64,000 bases of DNA from Lama glama. Its lineage: Eukaryota. How positions within the stretch are numbered: position 1 is the first letter of the stretch; each line of letters begins with the position of its first letter. The notes under the pieces are model-generated. The model was not told the DNA's origin and made no database searches. It saw only the letters and a list, made by a program, of their open reading frames with translations. Position numbers and translations under genes: made by a program. The stretch lies in contig CM052819.1 of NCBI GenBank assembly GCA_028534125.1, forward strand, positions 41,602,001 to 41,666,000. The letters are read 5' to 3'. Positions 49,315 to 62,060 of this stretch are shown one piece after another.

Positions 49315-49873
49315 CGTTTCTCTTTCTGTGGCTTCAGTTACCTGCAGTCAAGTACAGTCTGAAAATATTACATGAAAAATTCTAGAACTAAACAATTCAT
49401 AAATTTTAAATTGTGTGCCACACTGTTCTAAGTAGCATGATGAAACCCCCACTGTGCTGTTCTGTCTTGCCTGGGATCCTCAACCATCAACATCGTCTGC
49501 TCCTAACATCCAACCATCAACATCATCATGCTGGGGGAACCATGATCACCCAAAGCGTATGATCCTCTTTCTAATGTGTAGTCAGAAGGTCAATAGTAAC
49601 CTCATGCTATGTCACAAATGCCCATGTCTTTCACTTGATTTCAGTTCATCATGTAGGCATTTTATCTCATCATGTAGGCATTCAGGTAACCGTCTCACAT
49701 CATCACAGAAAGAAGGGTGAATTATAATAAGATATTTTGAGAGAGATAAAGACTACATCGACATAGCTTTTATTATACTGTATTGTTATACTTGTTCTAT
49801 TATTATTACTTTTTATTAGTTATTGTTGTTAATCTTGGAATGTATCCCCTGTGGAAAAAAGAGAAGACTACTG
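49315..49873 (+). mobile_element. MER44B/C/D (Tigger7-derived) TcMar MITE
   Basis: cttcagttacctgcagtcaagtacagtctgaaaatatta...aaacaattcataaattttaaattg...gtatcccctgtggaaaaaagagaagactactg followed by TA. Confidence 0.9.
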
Positions 49874-50794
49874 TAATAAACTGAAGTCTGTCAAGCCTTC
49901 ACGTTCTTTGGATGAAGCTGAAATATGAACTGAAATAAATACTATCTGCGCTGATGTGGGGATCAAGATTAAAGTGTTAAGACTGTTTCATCACATGCTG
50001 CTCAGCAGCAGTTACAGGCAGGGTCTTTGCAGAGGGCTCTCTGGTAGCTCAGGTAAGACGGTAAAACTCAACAACAACAGAAACTCCTCCAGCTCACTTC
50101 TAAGTGGAAAGGAAAGTGGCTGCTCTTTCACAGGCTCAAAAGGCACTCATCATGTTGAAAGCACCAATTTAGCACTGAAGACCGCTAATGGGTGCTGCAA
50201 GATGAGTCACAATTCATAAGCATTCCTGGCAGAGGGTGGAAGGTTTTATACCTTGGAGAACAGGGGGCTGTGAGGACTGTGTCTTAATTTAAGTGGAACT
50301 AGCAAAGATTTAACATCATTCCTCTTTTCTTGTCAAAAAGCAAAGTTTTTACGTTTTTCCCCGTGGAGTGCTGTGTGTATATGTAACTAACTCAGCTTGG
50401 TGACAACAAAAATTCCAAAAGCCTCATGAATATCCCTGAGGGGGGTCCCTGCCCTGAGGGAGCCGGCACCGATCTGATGTGTGTCATGGAGTCGAGCCCA
50501 TCCTGACACGGTGTTGCTGAGGTCTAGTTCCCTGCTGGTCTCACGTGGCTACCCAAACTCCAGGCAAAGTAAACCTAGTCTTCGGTGAAAAAAATTCTGA
50601 GACTCTTTGGAATTCTAAATTGAGGTCTTTTATTTTTCTGTTCTCTTTCTTTTAATTAGAACTTTAAAAAGATTAAATTAGCACTTGCCATTATGACCAA
50701 AAATAAACAAAAAGAGCTATTATTGATTGTCTGCTGTGAGAAGAAAGAGTCCCTTCTTTCTGATGTTTTACCTACATTATTCCATTTATTCTAG

Positions 50795-50925
50795 TAGAGG
50801 AAGTTGTTATGTTCATTTTACGGATGGGGTAGGTGAGACTTTCGGTGGTCAACACTGTGACTGAGATCACTCGGCTAGTAAGCAGTGTAGACTAGATTTG
50901 AAACCAGTTTCTGGATTCTAAAGTT
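50795..50925 (-). mobile_element. MIR fragment
   Basis: cattttacggatggggtaggtgagact...agatcactcggctagtaagcagtgtagactagatttgaaacc. Confidence 0.75.
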
Positions 50926-51879
50926 TGAAAAACTTAACAAGATTGTCACTTTATTATTAAAGTCTAAATTCAGAACAGCTAGGTCTGCTCAAAAGAACAT
51001 GGCTCTTAAACTCAAGCCCCTAAAGCACACTGTTTTGTCATTTTCTTTGTGTGCCAAAATGTGGTCTCCCAAGACAAACCGGAGTCTTTCCCCTTTCTGA
51101 TTCTCTTTGCCTGGCAGAAACATCTGCACAGTCTAAGAAGTCAACATGGTCACTGCCTCACACAGAGCTGTTCGGAGAGGAACAGAGATCATTGAGCACA
51201 TGAGTTTCATTGCTCCTATCAGAGACTGTGTCAGAGTCCTATCAGACACGTGGGTGTGGGGATTCTGGCTCTCCATGATCAATACCTGAAACAGACCAAT
51301 TCATGTTTAGTGTCTTTCTTAGATAATTAATATTCTGTGTCTATTCTGAGGTAGACTCTTAAAACTAGCACAAACAGAATGTAGTCACTGTTCAAAAAAA
51401 AAAAATGCCAGCTTCATCCATTTCACCTTTCTAAGCCAGATATGCTTAAGATCCAGCGGAACACCCCCAAATTGTCACTACAAATAAAATCTCTAACCAT
51501 CTATCTTTTTTAGATCCTGCCCCAAACTTTGAGTCAGATTTCTCATCCCTCCCTTTCTCACCTCAGTTTCCTTCTCACTGAAAGACCATTCGTCCCTTCC
51601 TTCCTCTTGCTGCCCCCTTGAGGGAATCCTAACCAGCTGCTCTGCTAGTGATTACTCAATTACTGGATTCACCAGCAGAGACTGAAGATTTTCTAGAGCA
51701 GTATAAAGAGAACTGGTTAGTTGAAATAAATAGAAACTACTGTAGAGAGGAGGCAACTCATTGCTGGAGCTACCATCATCTCAGTATTGAGAATAAAAAG
51801 GGCACATCTTTATGGAGAGACTAAACAACACAGGGCAGCTATGAAGTGGGGAACGTGTAGAAGGGCCAACATGAGCAAT

Positions 51880-52235
51880 GTGTTGAGTGTGATAGCACAG
51901 TCAGGGACAGGCTTGCCTTTGGAGTCAAGAAACCTGGGCTCAAAGCCAGCCCTAACCTTTCTGACTTTATGAGTTTGGATATGTTACTGAACATCCATAA
52001 GCCTTTGTTTTCTCATTTATAAAATGAGGATGATACTAATGCCCACACCCATAGGTTGTTGTGAGCATTAGATGAGAGAATCACCAAGAACAATGAACAC
52101 AGTGTGAAGTGCTCAGGAAGCAGTAGTTACAGGGCATTAATAACGAATCTCTGTGAGACCAGATGCTTTGTGATTTATTCATCTTTGTGCCTTGCACACA
52201 GTAGGCATTCAGTCAATGCTGGCTTAATGAAGGAA
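51880..52235 (+). mobile_element. near-complete MIR (about 51880-52130) plus L2 tail (about 52150-52235)
   Basis: ctttggagtcaagaaacctgggctcaaag...tttctcatttataaaatgagga...ataggttgttgtgagcatta; gcacacagtaggcattcagtcaatgctggcttaatgaa. Confidence 0.8.
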
Positions 52236-53794
52236 CTGTGTATTTGGCAGAATGGATTGGAGAGTAGGACTAGGAGAGAAGAAACAAAAAACCACCTGGA
52301 TGTGAAGGATAAGTTAAAAGCAAAATCTAACTCTTCAATATGTGTATTTCAGGTATGAAAATTTAGTGGTGTCTCCATTAACTGTTAGTAGTAATTTGCT
52401 GCCTCAAACACCATGCACGTTCTTTGAGATCCTTAGAGTTCCGAGGAATGATCTGGTGCCAGAGCGAAATTCATGTTAGGCTGAAGGGATTTCAGGGAAA
52501 CAACCAGGATTTCTCTAATTCATGATATGACATATGGTGTCTGCTAAATGAGCCTGCCCTACGAAAAAGGATACTTTTAAACTGTGGCCAACTTTAAAGC
52601 TCTCTCATTGGGTTTTTAAGATACTCTGCAGCAGAAAGTATCATATTTGGAGGGTAGAAGGAACAGGCCAATGCCTACTGTTAGCTTTAGTTGCTAATAT
52701 CTGGGAGCTAAAACTCTTTGCTTTTAAAGATGTGTTCTTTACACAGGGGATATCTCACAGTCAGTGCTGCCTTTGAGGGATGGTAAGTTTAAGTTCCTGT
52801 CTTGCTCCCTGAAAACAGCGAATACTGGATTACATTTAAAGTATTGTATCGATTCAACAGAAAACTCCAGCACCTTACTGTAGGGTATTCACATATAATT
52901 TCAGGTATGAATTACTGTTCTCTAACTATGACTCTAATTGTCTTTTTAGACTCTAGGTCAGTTCATTAAAACTGTGCTACTCAGTGACTACTCTTTCATC
53001 TTCCTCAGTATATCCATTGTCACAACTTTTTTGCCAAATACTCATCTTCACATACTAAACTGAGTTTTGCCTATAGCCTTCAACTGGCTCTTTTATACAT
53101 TTAGACATGCCTTTAGCCTAAGTGCATTTGCTGTACTTTGAGAAATCTTTACAGACTTTAAGAAAATAATTGAAGCTATTACTGGCAATACTAAAGTGGA
53201 TTCTAACGTCGTCAAAAAATGTGTATCTTTACTTCAAGGCTTAAAAGCTTTCTCTTTTTTCCTAAAGAGAAAAAAACTACATGGCTTAGGATATTCACCT
53301 ACTCTTCAGTAATTCTGAAGGTAAGGATATCAAAGTGAGTAGGTTTTTTTGGTCCTGACATATAAATAAAAGGGGGAACAAGGAGAGAGAAGGTACAAAA
53401 CAATAAAATAATTTTGAAGAATGTCTAATTTTATTGTATTTGGAATGAAATTCTTATTGACCACATTTCTTTCTTGAAGGATAACTTCATTCCATTCATT
53501 AAGCTCATTAAAACTATGATTTTCAACATTTGAAAGTAAATAGTGTTTGGAAAAATCTTTGAAGAGTAAGTTATTTATTTTAGTCTTTTGCATTTTACCA
53601 TATACATTTATGATGTATTTTTGGTCTAATGAGAAAATAAGTTACTTCAGAGGGTTACGTTTCAGTTATTGAGGAATGTACTACTGTCACTCATTTGTAT
53701 GACATTTTGTATCCAGAGAAGAACACTTGTTTTATCTGGAGAGAAAGCTGAGGCATAAATCATCTCTATATTATTGATGATGAAGCTGAGAATT

Positions 53795-55215
53795 TTCATT
53801 CACACACTGACTAAATATTTATTGGGCACCCACTAGGTGTCATTCACCATGGCAGAGATACAACAGGGGATACGTATACAATCCTCATTCCTCTGATACT
53901 CTACTGCAGGTAGAGGAAGGACTTTCAATGAACATAAATAATAAATCATATATTATGTTGCAGCATATTTATCAAAATATGTTATATTAAGGACCCAAAA
54001 GTGCAGTGTTAGGAGGGTTTCAAATTTAAACAGAATTGTCACATCCCTGATAAGTACTAGAGGAAAGTGAGGAAATGAATCATGAAAATACATGGTGGGG
54101 GAATCCTTTTTAAACATAATAAACACTCAATCTTAAGACCTGGGTCTGATACACCCAAAGAACAGCAAGAAGGCCAGTGAGAGCAAAGAGGAGGCCAGGA
54201 GTAGATGGAGGTAGAGACAATGAGGTCAGGATATGTAGGGGGTTTATGCCATTGGACAATGTAGTCTTTTTCTGAATGAAATCCAAAGATATTGGAAAGT
54301 TCAAACAAAAGTGATATGGCTAAATTCTGATGTAAAGGAAATTACCTCTGTGCTGTGTAGAAATAGATGGTAGGTGTGAAAGTTAGGATCAGGGAAATCT
54401 AGAGGCTCTTAGCATAATGCTGGTTGGTGATTTCTACCAGGATGGAGAAATGTAGGTGCTAAGAAGTGGTAAAGCCAATGTGGTTGACTACTGAGTTGGG
54501 TTGGGGTGTGAGAGAAAGAGATTCAAAGATGACTTCAGGCTTTTTGACCTCTAACTGGAAAGATCAATCTGATATTACCTGGAATCAGGATGGTAATAGA
54601 TAAAGTGAGCTTGGAGGGGTAAGGTAATGGACATGCCGGCTTTCAGAAATCTATGTGATATCCAAAATGCTGAGTAGGTAGTCAGAGATACATGGGACTC
54701 AAATTCAGGGGAGAGACCCAGACCAGAGATATGTATTTGGAATCACTAGCATATGAGTGACATTTAAATGTGTGCAACTGAGTGGGAAAACCTGTGAAGT
54801 GACACAAATACGGAAACTAAGAGGGCCAGGGACTGAGTACAGGGTACTCCAAAGTTTGGCCTTAGGAGTGGCAGGAAGAGAACCATAATTTTGTAGTTTT
54901 AGGAAGCCAACTGAAAAAAGGGGAAAAGTGTTCTTAGGAGGAAGGTGGATCAACTGTTAACAGGTCAAGTATTATGACAGCCATTAACTGAGTACTGGAT
55001 TTAGCAATGTAGAAGTCATTGCTGTCATGATAAGGACAAGTTTAATGGACCACTAGGGGCAAAATCAACAGTGAAGTGGATTCAATGGACAAAGGACAGA
55101 GAGGAGAGGAAGAGGGAAAAAACTGACAATTCTTTCAAGTTATTTAGTTGTCAAGAGGAGCAGAGAAATGGAGGAGTGATTGTGTCAAAATGATTTTTTT
55201 AAGGTAACCAAATTA
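53795..55215 (-). mobile_element. L2a-like LINE, about 1.4 kb of the 3' portion
   Basis: ttcattcacacactgactaaatatttattgggcacccacta...aagaacagcaagaaggccagtg...ggagaaagagattcaaagatgac...ggatttagcaatgtagaagtcatt. Confidence 0.9.
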
Positions 55216-55224
55216 GCAACATCT

Positions 55225-55444
55225 TGTGTCCTCATACGTCCTTTCCTCGGTGTGTGCAGAGAGAGAAAGAGATCTCTGGTGTGTCTTTCTTTTTATAAGG
55301 AAACCACCTCTACTGGATCAAGGCTTCACCCTTAGAACTCATGGAATCATAATAACTTCCTTAAGACTATCTCCAATTACAGTGACATTGAGGGTTAAAG
55401 CCTCACATTTGAATTTTGGGGAGCTGTCATTCAGTCCATAACAT
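55225..55444 (-). mobile_element. MLT1A/B-like LTR, 5' half
   Basis: Reverse complement begins tgttatggactgaatgacagctcccccaaaattcaaatgtgaggctttaaccctcaatgtcactgtaattggagatag. Confidence 0.85.
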
Positions 55445-56430
55445 CTTATTAGTAATTAGTATGTTGAGGAATCATGGAAGTATACATTCAAAGTATAATA
55501 AGCATAATTATTATTAATTGATTTGAATTATTAGACTATTAGATAATATATAATTTTACTTTAAAATATCTAATTGGTTAAAACTATTAAATTTCCCTGG
55601 TATATTGTCCTTAGATTATATTCTTTATGTTAAGAAATTGTATTAAGTACGTTTATTTTGGGTAAGGAATGTATGATCTCAAAGTGTTTATCAATCACTG
55701 TAAATAATTTTACCTATTTCATGTTTAACAAGATATGATAATTGGGCTTGTCTTCACATTTTTTGAGGGAAATACAGAATAATATACTAATTAAGGTAGC
55801 TATTGTATAACTTTGAGCAGTGTCTTCAGCTATAAGATGGCAATAGTATATACCTTGCAGGCAAATTGTCAGGACACTATCAGCCAGTTGTATGTGTAAA
55901 GTCTGTAGCCCTATGTGAGTTCATTACAAAGGTATATACAGAATAAAAATGAAAGTTAGCTTGATTATATGATCACAAATCCCACTGCTTTACTTAACCA
56001 TACGAATCAATTTGTAAACATTGATTTAGAAATAACAAGAAAATTTTCTTTAAATATGAAAAATTGTCAGAATTCCTAAGTCTCATGAGGTTTATCTATA
56101 ATATTCTCCATTTAGGGAAGCAAAATGTGATTTCAAGGAGAAATTATGTAACATTTTAGAAATACATGGCCTCTATCTTTCTGAAGATGATACTCAGTAC
56201 CCTACACTAAGATATGGGAAATTAGTGGCACAAGGAAACTCTTTTTCACTTCAGCTGCTATTGGAAACTTCTAAAGGAGTTTGAATGGAATGTGAATGTG
56301 ATTGGCACATGGACTTTAATGCAGGTGTCTTCAGCTTTGCGGTTTCATGATATTGCCTAAATAGTTACAAATATTTTTAACAGCTATCGCTGATTGTGAA
56401 ATGAAGTCTTTCGTTTAGAAAATTTTAGCA

Positions 56431-57122
56431 GAGGAGTGATGTCAGCACAGTAGTGGCATGGAATGTCTAGCTCTGGCCCCTCTGAGAAACATCAATTTGA
56501 ATACTATCTACACAGGAAAATACCTATACAAGATCCAAGAATTCCAGGTGAGGAATTATAGCACCTGGGTAAAGCATAAAATAAGAAAAGATGCATTGAG
56601 GAGAACAGGAAAGATAGCCACACTACCCTTATCAACCTTTCCCCAAGCCCAGGTCACATCCTCTTCGTGGGAGAGGGATGGTGAAGTGAGGGCCGACTTC
56701 ACCATGGACCTCAGAGCTGGCCTGCCCCAGCACCATGCCAACTCCTGTGGCCCTAGGTGGCTCCCTCCTCCTGTGAACACAGAGAGAGTCTCAGCACATC
56801 CCAGCACATCCCAGCACTGGACAACTCCTATGGCCCTGGGTGGCTTTTGTGGCCACAGCCTTCTCATCAGCCCACATGAACACAGGTTCCAGGTAGGCAC
56901 TTATAAACCCAGTCTCCTGGCCAAGCCCAATGCCAAGTCAGCTACTACAGCCCCTGTGCCCTGATCTACCCCAGCACCAGGCTGACCACTACAGATCTAA
57001 CCTCCAGGCCGCCCACAGCTCCAGGCTTGCCCCAGTTCTAGGTCAACCCTGTGGCCCCAGCCTCCAGGTTGCCTTCCTTGAAACCAGGCTCCTAGCCTGT
57101 CCCAGCCCTGCAGACCCAGATG
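56431..57122 (+). mobile_element. L1M2/M3-like 5'UTR
   Basis: gaggagtgatgtcagc start; GC-rich degenerate ccaggc/ccccag subrepeats typical of eutherian L1 5'UTRs. Confidence 0.7.
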
Positions 57123-57890
57123 CTGGGGATAATATCCGAATAGCTATTTCACAAAATAGTATATAAGATGGTTAATCAGCACATAAAAAGATGCCCAATG
57201 CCATTAGCCATTAAGGAGATGCATATTAAAACCATACCCTGCAAAATGGCTATAATCAAAAAGACAAGGGATAACCTGTCTTATCAAAGACGTGGAGACA
57301 CCAGAACCCTCATACATTGCTCACTGGAACGTTAAACGTTCCAGCCACTTTGGAAAATAGCTTGAAAGTTTTTTAAAAAAACACATATTAACACATGACC
57401 CAGCAAAACCATCCCTAGATTTCTAAGAAATGAGACTATATGCCCATACAGAGACTTGTACACAAGGGTTTGAAAAGAGCATTTTAAATAATGGGAAAAC
57501 AGTGAAAACTATACCTGTTTATCAACGGTGATGGGACGGACAAAATGTAATCAATCTACACAATGGAATATACTTCATCAATAAAAAGGACAGGCTACTG
57601 AAACATAATACAACATGAATTAACTTCAAAATGAAGGGAAACAAGCCAGACACAAAATAATATATGTAATTCCATTTGTATGCAATAAATGCTCATATAA
57701 GAAATAGACAAATCTATAGTGTCAGAAAGTAAGTTAGTGACTGGTACTGGGAGCAGAAGAAAGAGTAACTGCAAACTGGCGTAAAGTTTCCTCTTGGAGT
57801 AAAAGAAATGCTCTAATTAAATTGTGGTTATGGTTGTACTATTGCAGATTTACTAAAAATCATTGAATTGCACACTCAGAATGAATTGAC
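57123..57890 (+). mobile_element. L1MB/ME ORF2 end and 3'UTR
   Basis: gcacataaaaagatgc...gaaccctcatacattgct...gccactttggaaaatag...tttactaaaaatcattgaattgcacact. Confidence 0.85.
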
Positions 57891-57936
57891 CATAACAAAT
57901 CATGATAACAAATCATAATAACAAATAACAAACCAT
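57891..57936. repeat. short imperfect tandem repeat (ATAACAAATCAT-like)
   Basis: cataacaaatcatgataacaaatcataataacaaataacaaaccat. Confidence 0.75.
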
Positions 57937-57942
57937 GCTCCA

Positions 57943-58306
57943 TATGGTAGATTGAATAATAACTCTCAAAGATATCCAGATTCTGATCCCTGGAAACTGA
58001 GTTGTTACCATATATGGCAAGTGAGACTTTGCAAATGTGCTTAAGTTAACTGTCTTGAATTGGGGAGACTCACCCTGGATTATTCAGGGGGTCTTTAAAT
58101 GTAAACCTAAGTGTCTTTACAAGATGGATGCAGAGAAAACTTCGATGACAGAAGTAGAGAAAGCAATGGGACAATGAGAGTAGAGATTGGAGTAATTCAG
58201 CCACAAACCAAGGAATGCTGGCAGCCACCAGAAGTCTGAAGAGGCAGGAGATAGATTCTCTCCTGGAGCCTCTGGAAGAAGCTAGCCCTGCAGAAACCTC
58301 GACTTT
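57943..58306 (+). mobile_element. MLT1C/D-like LTR (3'-truncated)
   Basis: gatatccagattctgatccctggaaactg...gactttgcaaatgtg...gccacaaaccaaggaatgctggcagccaccagaag. Confidence 0.85.
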
Positions 58307-59778
58307 GTTGTGTTTTGGGTAGAGAAAAAGATACATAAATCACTAGAACCAAACAGAGAACCCAGAAACAGACTCATACAAACATTCCAATTGATATTTG
58401 AACAAAGCTAACTAAGTAATTCAATGAAGGAAAGATCACCTTTTCAACAAATGGTATTAAAGCAACTGGACATCCACAGGGGGAAGAAACCATCCTTAAC
58501 TTAGTTTTCAAACCCTATGCAAAAAGGCTGTGGACTTAAACATATAACATAGAACTATAAAACTTTTTAGGAAAAAGAAAGGAGAAATATCTTTAAAACT
58601 TAGGGCTAGGCAAAGAGTTCTTGGACTTGGCATCAAAAGCATGATTCACAAATGGAAATACTGATAAATTGCTCCTCATCAAAATTGTAAATTTTTTCTC
58701 GGGAAAAGACCCTGTTAATAGGATGAGAAGGTAAGCTTTAGAATGGAAGGAAATATTGTCAAGCCACACACCTGACTAGGACTAGTAAAGTATCTCAGAT
58801 ATACAAAGAACTCTCAGAACTCAACAGTAAAAAATAAAGCAAAAGATATACAAAATAAGCTACAAGACATCAAGAAATATTGTACCAAAGGTAGTATACA
58901 AAGCACAAATAAGCACATTAAAACATACACAACATCATTAGCCACTAGAGAAATGCAAATTAAAACCACCATTAGATATTAATGTATATCTATTAGAAAA
59001 ACTAAAAAAGAATATTGGCAAAACACATACCACTAACAAGGATGCAGATAAACGAGATCAATTATTTACTATGGTAGGAATATAAAATGGTATAGCCACT
59101 CTGGAAAACAATTTGGCAATTTCCTTAAAAAACTAAACATGCAACTGCATATAACTCAGTAAACTCACTCCTGGGTATTCATGTCAGAGAAATGAATATT
59201 TACCTTCCCAACAAACAAACACACAAAACTCGTAGAGGAATATTTACAGGAATTTTTCTTTTAATATCCCCAAACTAGAAACAACTTAGATGTCTTTCAA
59301 TAGGTTAATGGTTTAAAAAATAAAAGTGTGGTACAACCATACCACGGAATGCCAGTCAGCAATAAAAATAAAGGAACCATGATGCACAAGAACCTAAATG
59401 AATATTCAGAGAACTGTACTGTATGAAAAAAGCCAAACTCAAAAGGTTGCATAGTATATGATCCCATTTATATAACATTTTTGAAGTGACAAAATAATAA
59501 AAGTGGAGAAAAGACTGTTGCCAGTAGTTAAGGAGGGGGCGGAGGGAGGGAAAATGAGGGTGTGGCTACTTAAGGGCAACATTAGGGATCCTTGTGGTAG
59601 ATGGAAATATTCTGTATCTTGACTGGATCTGTGCCAAAATCCTGATGGTGTTATTATTCTAGAGGTTTTCAAGGTGTTACCATCGGAGGAAACTGTGCAG
59701 GTACATGGACTATCTATTCTTACAATTTCACAGATATATGTACAATTGTCTCAAAATAAAAATGTTTAATCAAAAAGT
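58307..59778 (+). mobile_element. L1MC1/2-like ORF2 end and 3'UTR
   Basis: ttttcaacaaatggt...gaaatgcaaattaaaacca...gggatccttgtggtagatggaaatattctgtatcttgac...tctcaaaataaaaatgtttaat. Confidence 0.9.
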
Positions 59779-59799
59779 TAAAGGAAGAGAACAAAGAAA

Positions 59800-61095
59800 C
59801 CAGTCAGAAAGTAAGAGAAGCTATTTGAAATTTATGTATCTAACAGTTTCAGCCAAGGATATACAACTGCCACACTTCAGTGAAGAAAGATTGGCAATTC
59901 AATACAAAAACACGCAACAAACTTGAACATGTACTTCACAACTAGACTATCCATATGGTTAATAAAAATTTGAAAGTTTTCAGCTTCATCGCTAAGAAGG
60001 GAAATATAAATGAAGTTCAAATTTTTATACTTCCACATACCACTACAATGGCTAAAATTAAGATTGACAACGCCAAATATCGCTCAGGATAAGGAGTTAA
60101 AGGATCTCATACGCTGCTAGTGAGGGTGGAAAGAACTATTTTGTAAAGCTATTTGACATAATCAGCTTTAGCTGAGCATTTGCACCCAGAAAGTTCATTT
60201 CTAATTAGTAATCCAAAAGAGTGAATGCACATGTGTACCAAAATACATGTAAAACATTATTTAGATCATTTTTGTAATCATTCTAAACTAGAAAACACCC
60301 AAATGTCTATCCATGATAGAATGAATAATACATTGGGATATATTCCAACAGTAAAACCCTATGTATTTCAATAATGATAATGACAAGCCATGATAACATA
60401 AAACAGCATAGATTAATCTTATTAACACAATACTGAGGGAAAGATCGTGAAGAAAGACATACTGTATTCTTTTTATATAAAGGTCAAAGGCAGGTAAAAA
60501 CTAAGCTGCGACACTGAAGCCAGGTTATTAATTACCTTTGGTGTTTGGAGTGGAGATTTGGAGCGGCATGAAGGAGACTTCGGACTGGCTGGTAGCGCGG
60601 TTCACAGTTTGTGCTCCGCTCCTGGCGCCGTCTTGTTGGGCTGCGCTCTGCAGGCCTGCGAGCCTTGCAGTTGCCCAGCCTCAACACCGAGGGAAGAGCA
60701 CACAAACAGTGACAAAGCCATCACTGGTTTGTGGGTGTGGGGGGCTCTCACACCGAGGGGCCTGGAGTGACACACTCACCAAGCACAGCCAGGTGGAAGA
60801 CAAGACAAGGCGGCAATGTCTGCTGCTCAGGGGAGGAGACTGTATTTATAGGGGGAACTGACGTCACTCTGGCTCGTCAGTGTCCAGGGAAACCAGCAGC
60901 TGGGGCAAGGGGCAAGCACGCTGGCGGTTAGTGATTAAGCCCTATAATTAAGAGGATTGGATAGTCATGTGAGTGCAGCAGGGCCTGGTAGAGCAGGAGA
61001 TGTAGAGAGGGCAAGCGGAGGGCCATCTTGAGTGGCCTGACCACACACATATATTTGTGCATTTTCTTACATGTATATTATACGTCAGTGAAAGT
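59800..61095 (+). mobile_element. L1ME ORF2 end and 3'UTR, interrupted by an LTR at 60634-61047
   Basis: aatggctaaaattaagattgacaacgccaaatat...cccaaatgtctatcca...ggtaaaaactaag...tttgtgcattttcttacatgtatattatac. Confidence 0.8.
60634..61047 (-). mobile_element. ERVL/ERV3-like solo LTR with intact promoter motifs
   Basis: Minus strand reads TGTGTGGTCAGGCCACTCAAGATGG...CAGCCCAACA; CCAAT (60956-60960), CRE TGACGTCA (60859-60866), TATAAATA (60843-60850); imperfect TSD cgtct/catat; splits a collinear L1ME tail. Confidence 0.8.
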
Positions 61096-61109
61096 CCGAC
61101 GACGTATAA

Positions 61110-62060
61110 GTCAATCATTATCTGGACAAAAAAGATACAACTTTCTCAAGAAAAAAAAATTGACCGCTATATAGGCTTTATTTTCTGGTGATAGTCAAGC
61201 ACAATGAAATATAATTTTTGAGCCACTGAGAATTAAAAAGCATTCATCACATATAATCTGGATGAAAATAGAAATTTTAAAAGATTATAATCTTTTGAAA
61301 GCAATAAAAATTGCCATATGTCATACCATCACTGTGGGTCACAGCAAAATCTGTACTCATAGGAAAAATGTATCATGTAAGTGTTTTCATTAGTAACTAG
61401 TGTGACTAAAAATAAAAGAATTATTCCACTTAATTTTTTTAATGAACCAAAAAGAAAAGGAAGAAAAAGCTAAACAAACACATAGCTGAAGTTAATAAAG
61501 TAGGAAGGAACAAACCATACCAAACCAAATTTTGGTTAACAGAGTTTTTTTAAAAGGTAAAGAAAATGGATAAATTGCAAATGATCTCAAGGAAAAAGAC
61601 AGAGGAGAGAAACAATACAGAGTAGGTATACAAATGGAGACATGCCATAAACTACAGGGGAAATACTAGGCTTAACACTAAAGGCACAAATTGGAAAACT
61701 TAAAACAGCAGGTTTTCTAGCTAAAGTTAAATTACTAACATAAAAAAGAAGATGTAAAAAACTTGAAAACACTTTAAAGAATGAGGCGATGATTAAAGGA
61801 GGCATGGGCGCCTGACAGTTTCACAGCTGAATTCTCTCATATTTAATGGAGTTGTAGACTTTCAAATACTATTTAAGCCAAATTTAACAGTAGAAAAATG
61901 GAACTCAAATTAATTTTAATTTTATGAGGCTAGAAAAGAGTTATCACAAAATTATCTCACATATATATATAGAAATGTAATTTTTAAGCATGATTTTTGC
62001 AAACAGAAACCCCCAACCTCTAACATAAAAATAATAGAATACTGCAATGTGGATTAATTA
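61110..62060 (+). mobile_element. old L1M ORF2 fragments
   Basis: aaattgaccgctatataggc; atagctgaagttaataaag; cctgacagtttcacagctgaattct; attttatgaggctag. Confidence 0.6.

Noticed and set aside
53480-53565. Possible 86-nt plus-strand exon ending AGA|gtaagt
   Set aside because: All frames closed; no supporting context
56458-57166. 168-aa, 114-aa and 78-aa ORFs
   Set aside because: Lie in a GC-rich L1 5'UTR where stops are scarce; no recognisable domain
60612-60633. PBS-like cggcgccaggagcgg just downstream of the LTR on the minus strand
   Set aside because: Only a partial match to tRNA 3' ends; the L1ME tail continues collinearly on both sides, so a solo LTR is more parsimonious
60538-60931. 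Three overlapping plus-strand ORFs
   Set aside because: Chance ORFs across the GC-rich LTR/L1ME junction
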